This document shows positions 62,670 to 64,000 of a DNA stretch of 64,000 nt, one piece after another. A model generated the notes under the pieces. That model did not search any database, had not been told where the DNA came from, and was given only the letters and a program-made list of their open reading frames with translations. Position numbers and translations under genes: made by a program. How positions within the stretch are numbered: the first letter of the stretch is position 1; each line of letters begins with the position of its first letter. The stretch comes from Bdellovibrionota bacterium (GTDB lineage Bacteria; Bdellovibrionota_C; UBA2361; JAAYZI01): positions 192,001 through 256,000 of the forward strand of contig JBMNIF010000001.1 of NCBI GenBank assembly GCA_050950765.1, given 5' to 3'.

Positions 62670-64000
62670 TTACATATAACCTAAACTTTGCAACTGTTTA
62701 ACTTCTTCTGGGGTGATAATTACATTCTTTTGAAGAGTTTGTGGGGTGGTGCGTTCATATTGTAAGATTAGGTCGAGCATATTCTTTAACTGCTCTGGAT
62801 TCTGTTTTGAAATATCTTTCTTCTCAAGAGGATCAACCGAGATATCAAACAGCTCAAAGGTTTCTTTCATTTTATCATGAATAAGTTTGTATCTACCTTT
62901 TATGACTGCTGTTATATTTGCGTCCTTATTATGTGTTGAAGAGACAAAATCAACCTCAGAAAAAATGTTTTGATCCGGTCTTTTTTGAGCGTTCCCGAAA
63001 AGTAGGGGGATAAGAGAGAGCCCTTCGATCTCCGATGTGGCTTTTTTACGAATGAAATCAAGTAGTGTTGGAAAGATATCAACTTGCGATACGGGATTAT
63101 TTATTACCTGTGGTTTTATTATATCAGGCAGAGATATGATTAATGGAATATTAATTAATTCGTTGTACAGAGTGCGCGTATGACCGAACCAGCCACGCTC
63201 CATTAACTCTTCCCCGTGGTCTGCTACAAATACTATCAGGGTATTTTTTGAAAGTCCTGCTTGTTCTAGGTATTCAAAGAGTCGTCCCAGCTCTTTGTCT
63301 GTGAATAAGACCTCTTCTGTGAAGAGTCCACGAACATATTTTATATCATTCGGATTCAACTCGTTTGCATAAGATCTAAGCTCGCGAACATCCATGCCAG
63401 AAGTGAGTTTACCACGATACCACGATGTTTGGTCGAATTGCGCATGATGGATGTAATTATAGTGCGGATCAAAGTAGTGCAAAAATAGGAAAAAGTTCTG
63501 TGAGGAGTTTCTTTTTTTTAGCCAGCCAATAGCTGTATCGGTTACTTCTGTGCCTACTATGGCTTGATGCGGATCTGGTGATGTATTTACATTTTTGAAA
63601 GCATCAAACCCTCTGCTAAAGCCGTGTTTCGGCGTTAAGATCGTATGACTGATGACGGCAGCTGTTTGACGTCCGGAAGCCTTCATGATTTCAGCAACCA
63701 TAGGTATGGAGTCGGGGAACTTGCTATTCATACGTTTAACTCCATGTGTGCGCGGCATGACACCCGATAAAATCGTAGCAATCGATGGTTTTGTCCAAGG
63801 GGCTGCTGCGTAGGTGTGTGCAAATCTAGCGCCCCCTGCAGCAAACTTGTCAATGTTGGGGGTTTTTACAGGAGCACCGTAGGCGGAAAGGGCTCGTTCA
63901 GGGAGGGTGTCAACGATAATTAACAAAACATTTAGATCTTCAGGGATCTCGGATATGCGCTTATCGTAAGGTTTGTTACATGATGATGTAAGAACTAAAA
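62670..64000 (-). CDS. Sulfatase-like (alkaline phosphatase superfamily) probable lipoprotein; 5' end lies outside the window
   Basis: NVLLIIVDTL, APWTKPS..TILSG, HYFDPH, ADHGE, H...LY.E; frame stays open to the window edge and includes lipobox-like LTSSC. Confidence 0.85.
   Translation of the reverse strand, partial: LVLTSSCNKPYDKRISEIPEDLNVLLIIVDTLPERALSAYGAPVKTPNIDKFAAGGARFAHTYAAAPWTKPSIATILSGVMPRTHGVKRMNSKFPDSIPMVAEIMKASGRQTAAVISHTILTPKHGFSRGFDAFKNVNTSPDPHQAIVGTEVTDTAIGWLKKRNSSQNFFLFLHYFDPHYNYIHHAQFDQTSWYRGKLTSGMDVRELRSYANELNPNDIKYVRGLFTEEVLFTDKELGRLFEYLEQAGLSKNTLIVFVADHGEELMERGWFGHTRTLYNELINIPLIISLPDIIKPQVINNPVSQVDIFPTLLDFIRKKATSEIEGLSLIPLLFGNAQKRPDQNIFSEVDFVSSTHNKDANITAVIKGRYKLIHDKMKETFELFDISVDPLEKKDISKQNPEQLKNMLDLILQYERTTPQTLQKNVIITPEEVKQLQSLGYM

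Overview
A 64 kb chromosomal window from an AT-rich, Gram-negative (LPS-making) bacterium. The gene order looks deltaproteobacterial-grade, which is an inference only. Most of it is housekeeping: rpsB-tsf-pyrH-frr-uppS-cdsA(x2)-dxr-rseP-tsaB, rho, an NtrC-type regulator, proA, pyrG-kdsA-lptCAB, fabF, hisS, nth, rsmD/rsmE, lpdA-lipB, menA and a MacAB-TolC exporter. It also holds surface-glycan genes, one IS1634-family element and several orphan ORFs. The most unusual signal is non-coding: a family of intergenic mosaic arrays at ~3.0-3.2, 4.6-4.7, 5.4-5.9, 10.3-11.0, 24.4-25.2, 33.0-34.0 and 61.7-62.65 kb. In these an 11-bp core GGGTGGCACCA (54 exact copies by manual count, co-oriented within each array) separates a small library of reusable 20-100 bp modules, arranged in a different order in each array. 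One module carries a consensus IHF site (13 exact matches) and is sometimes bracketed by a second inverted-repeat motif (TAGGACACCC/GGGTGTCCTA). No cognate recombinase, RAYT, reverse transcriptase or Cas gene is in the window, so the mechanism is unknown. Other points of interest: a catalytically eroded cdsA duplicate, a decayed copy of a gene 3' end next to the IS, and sigma28- and sigma54-type promoters on flagellum/glycosylation-type genes. Product calls come from motifs read by eye; no database searches were run.
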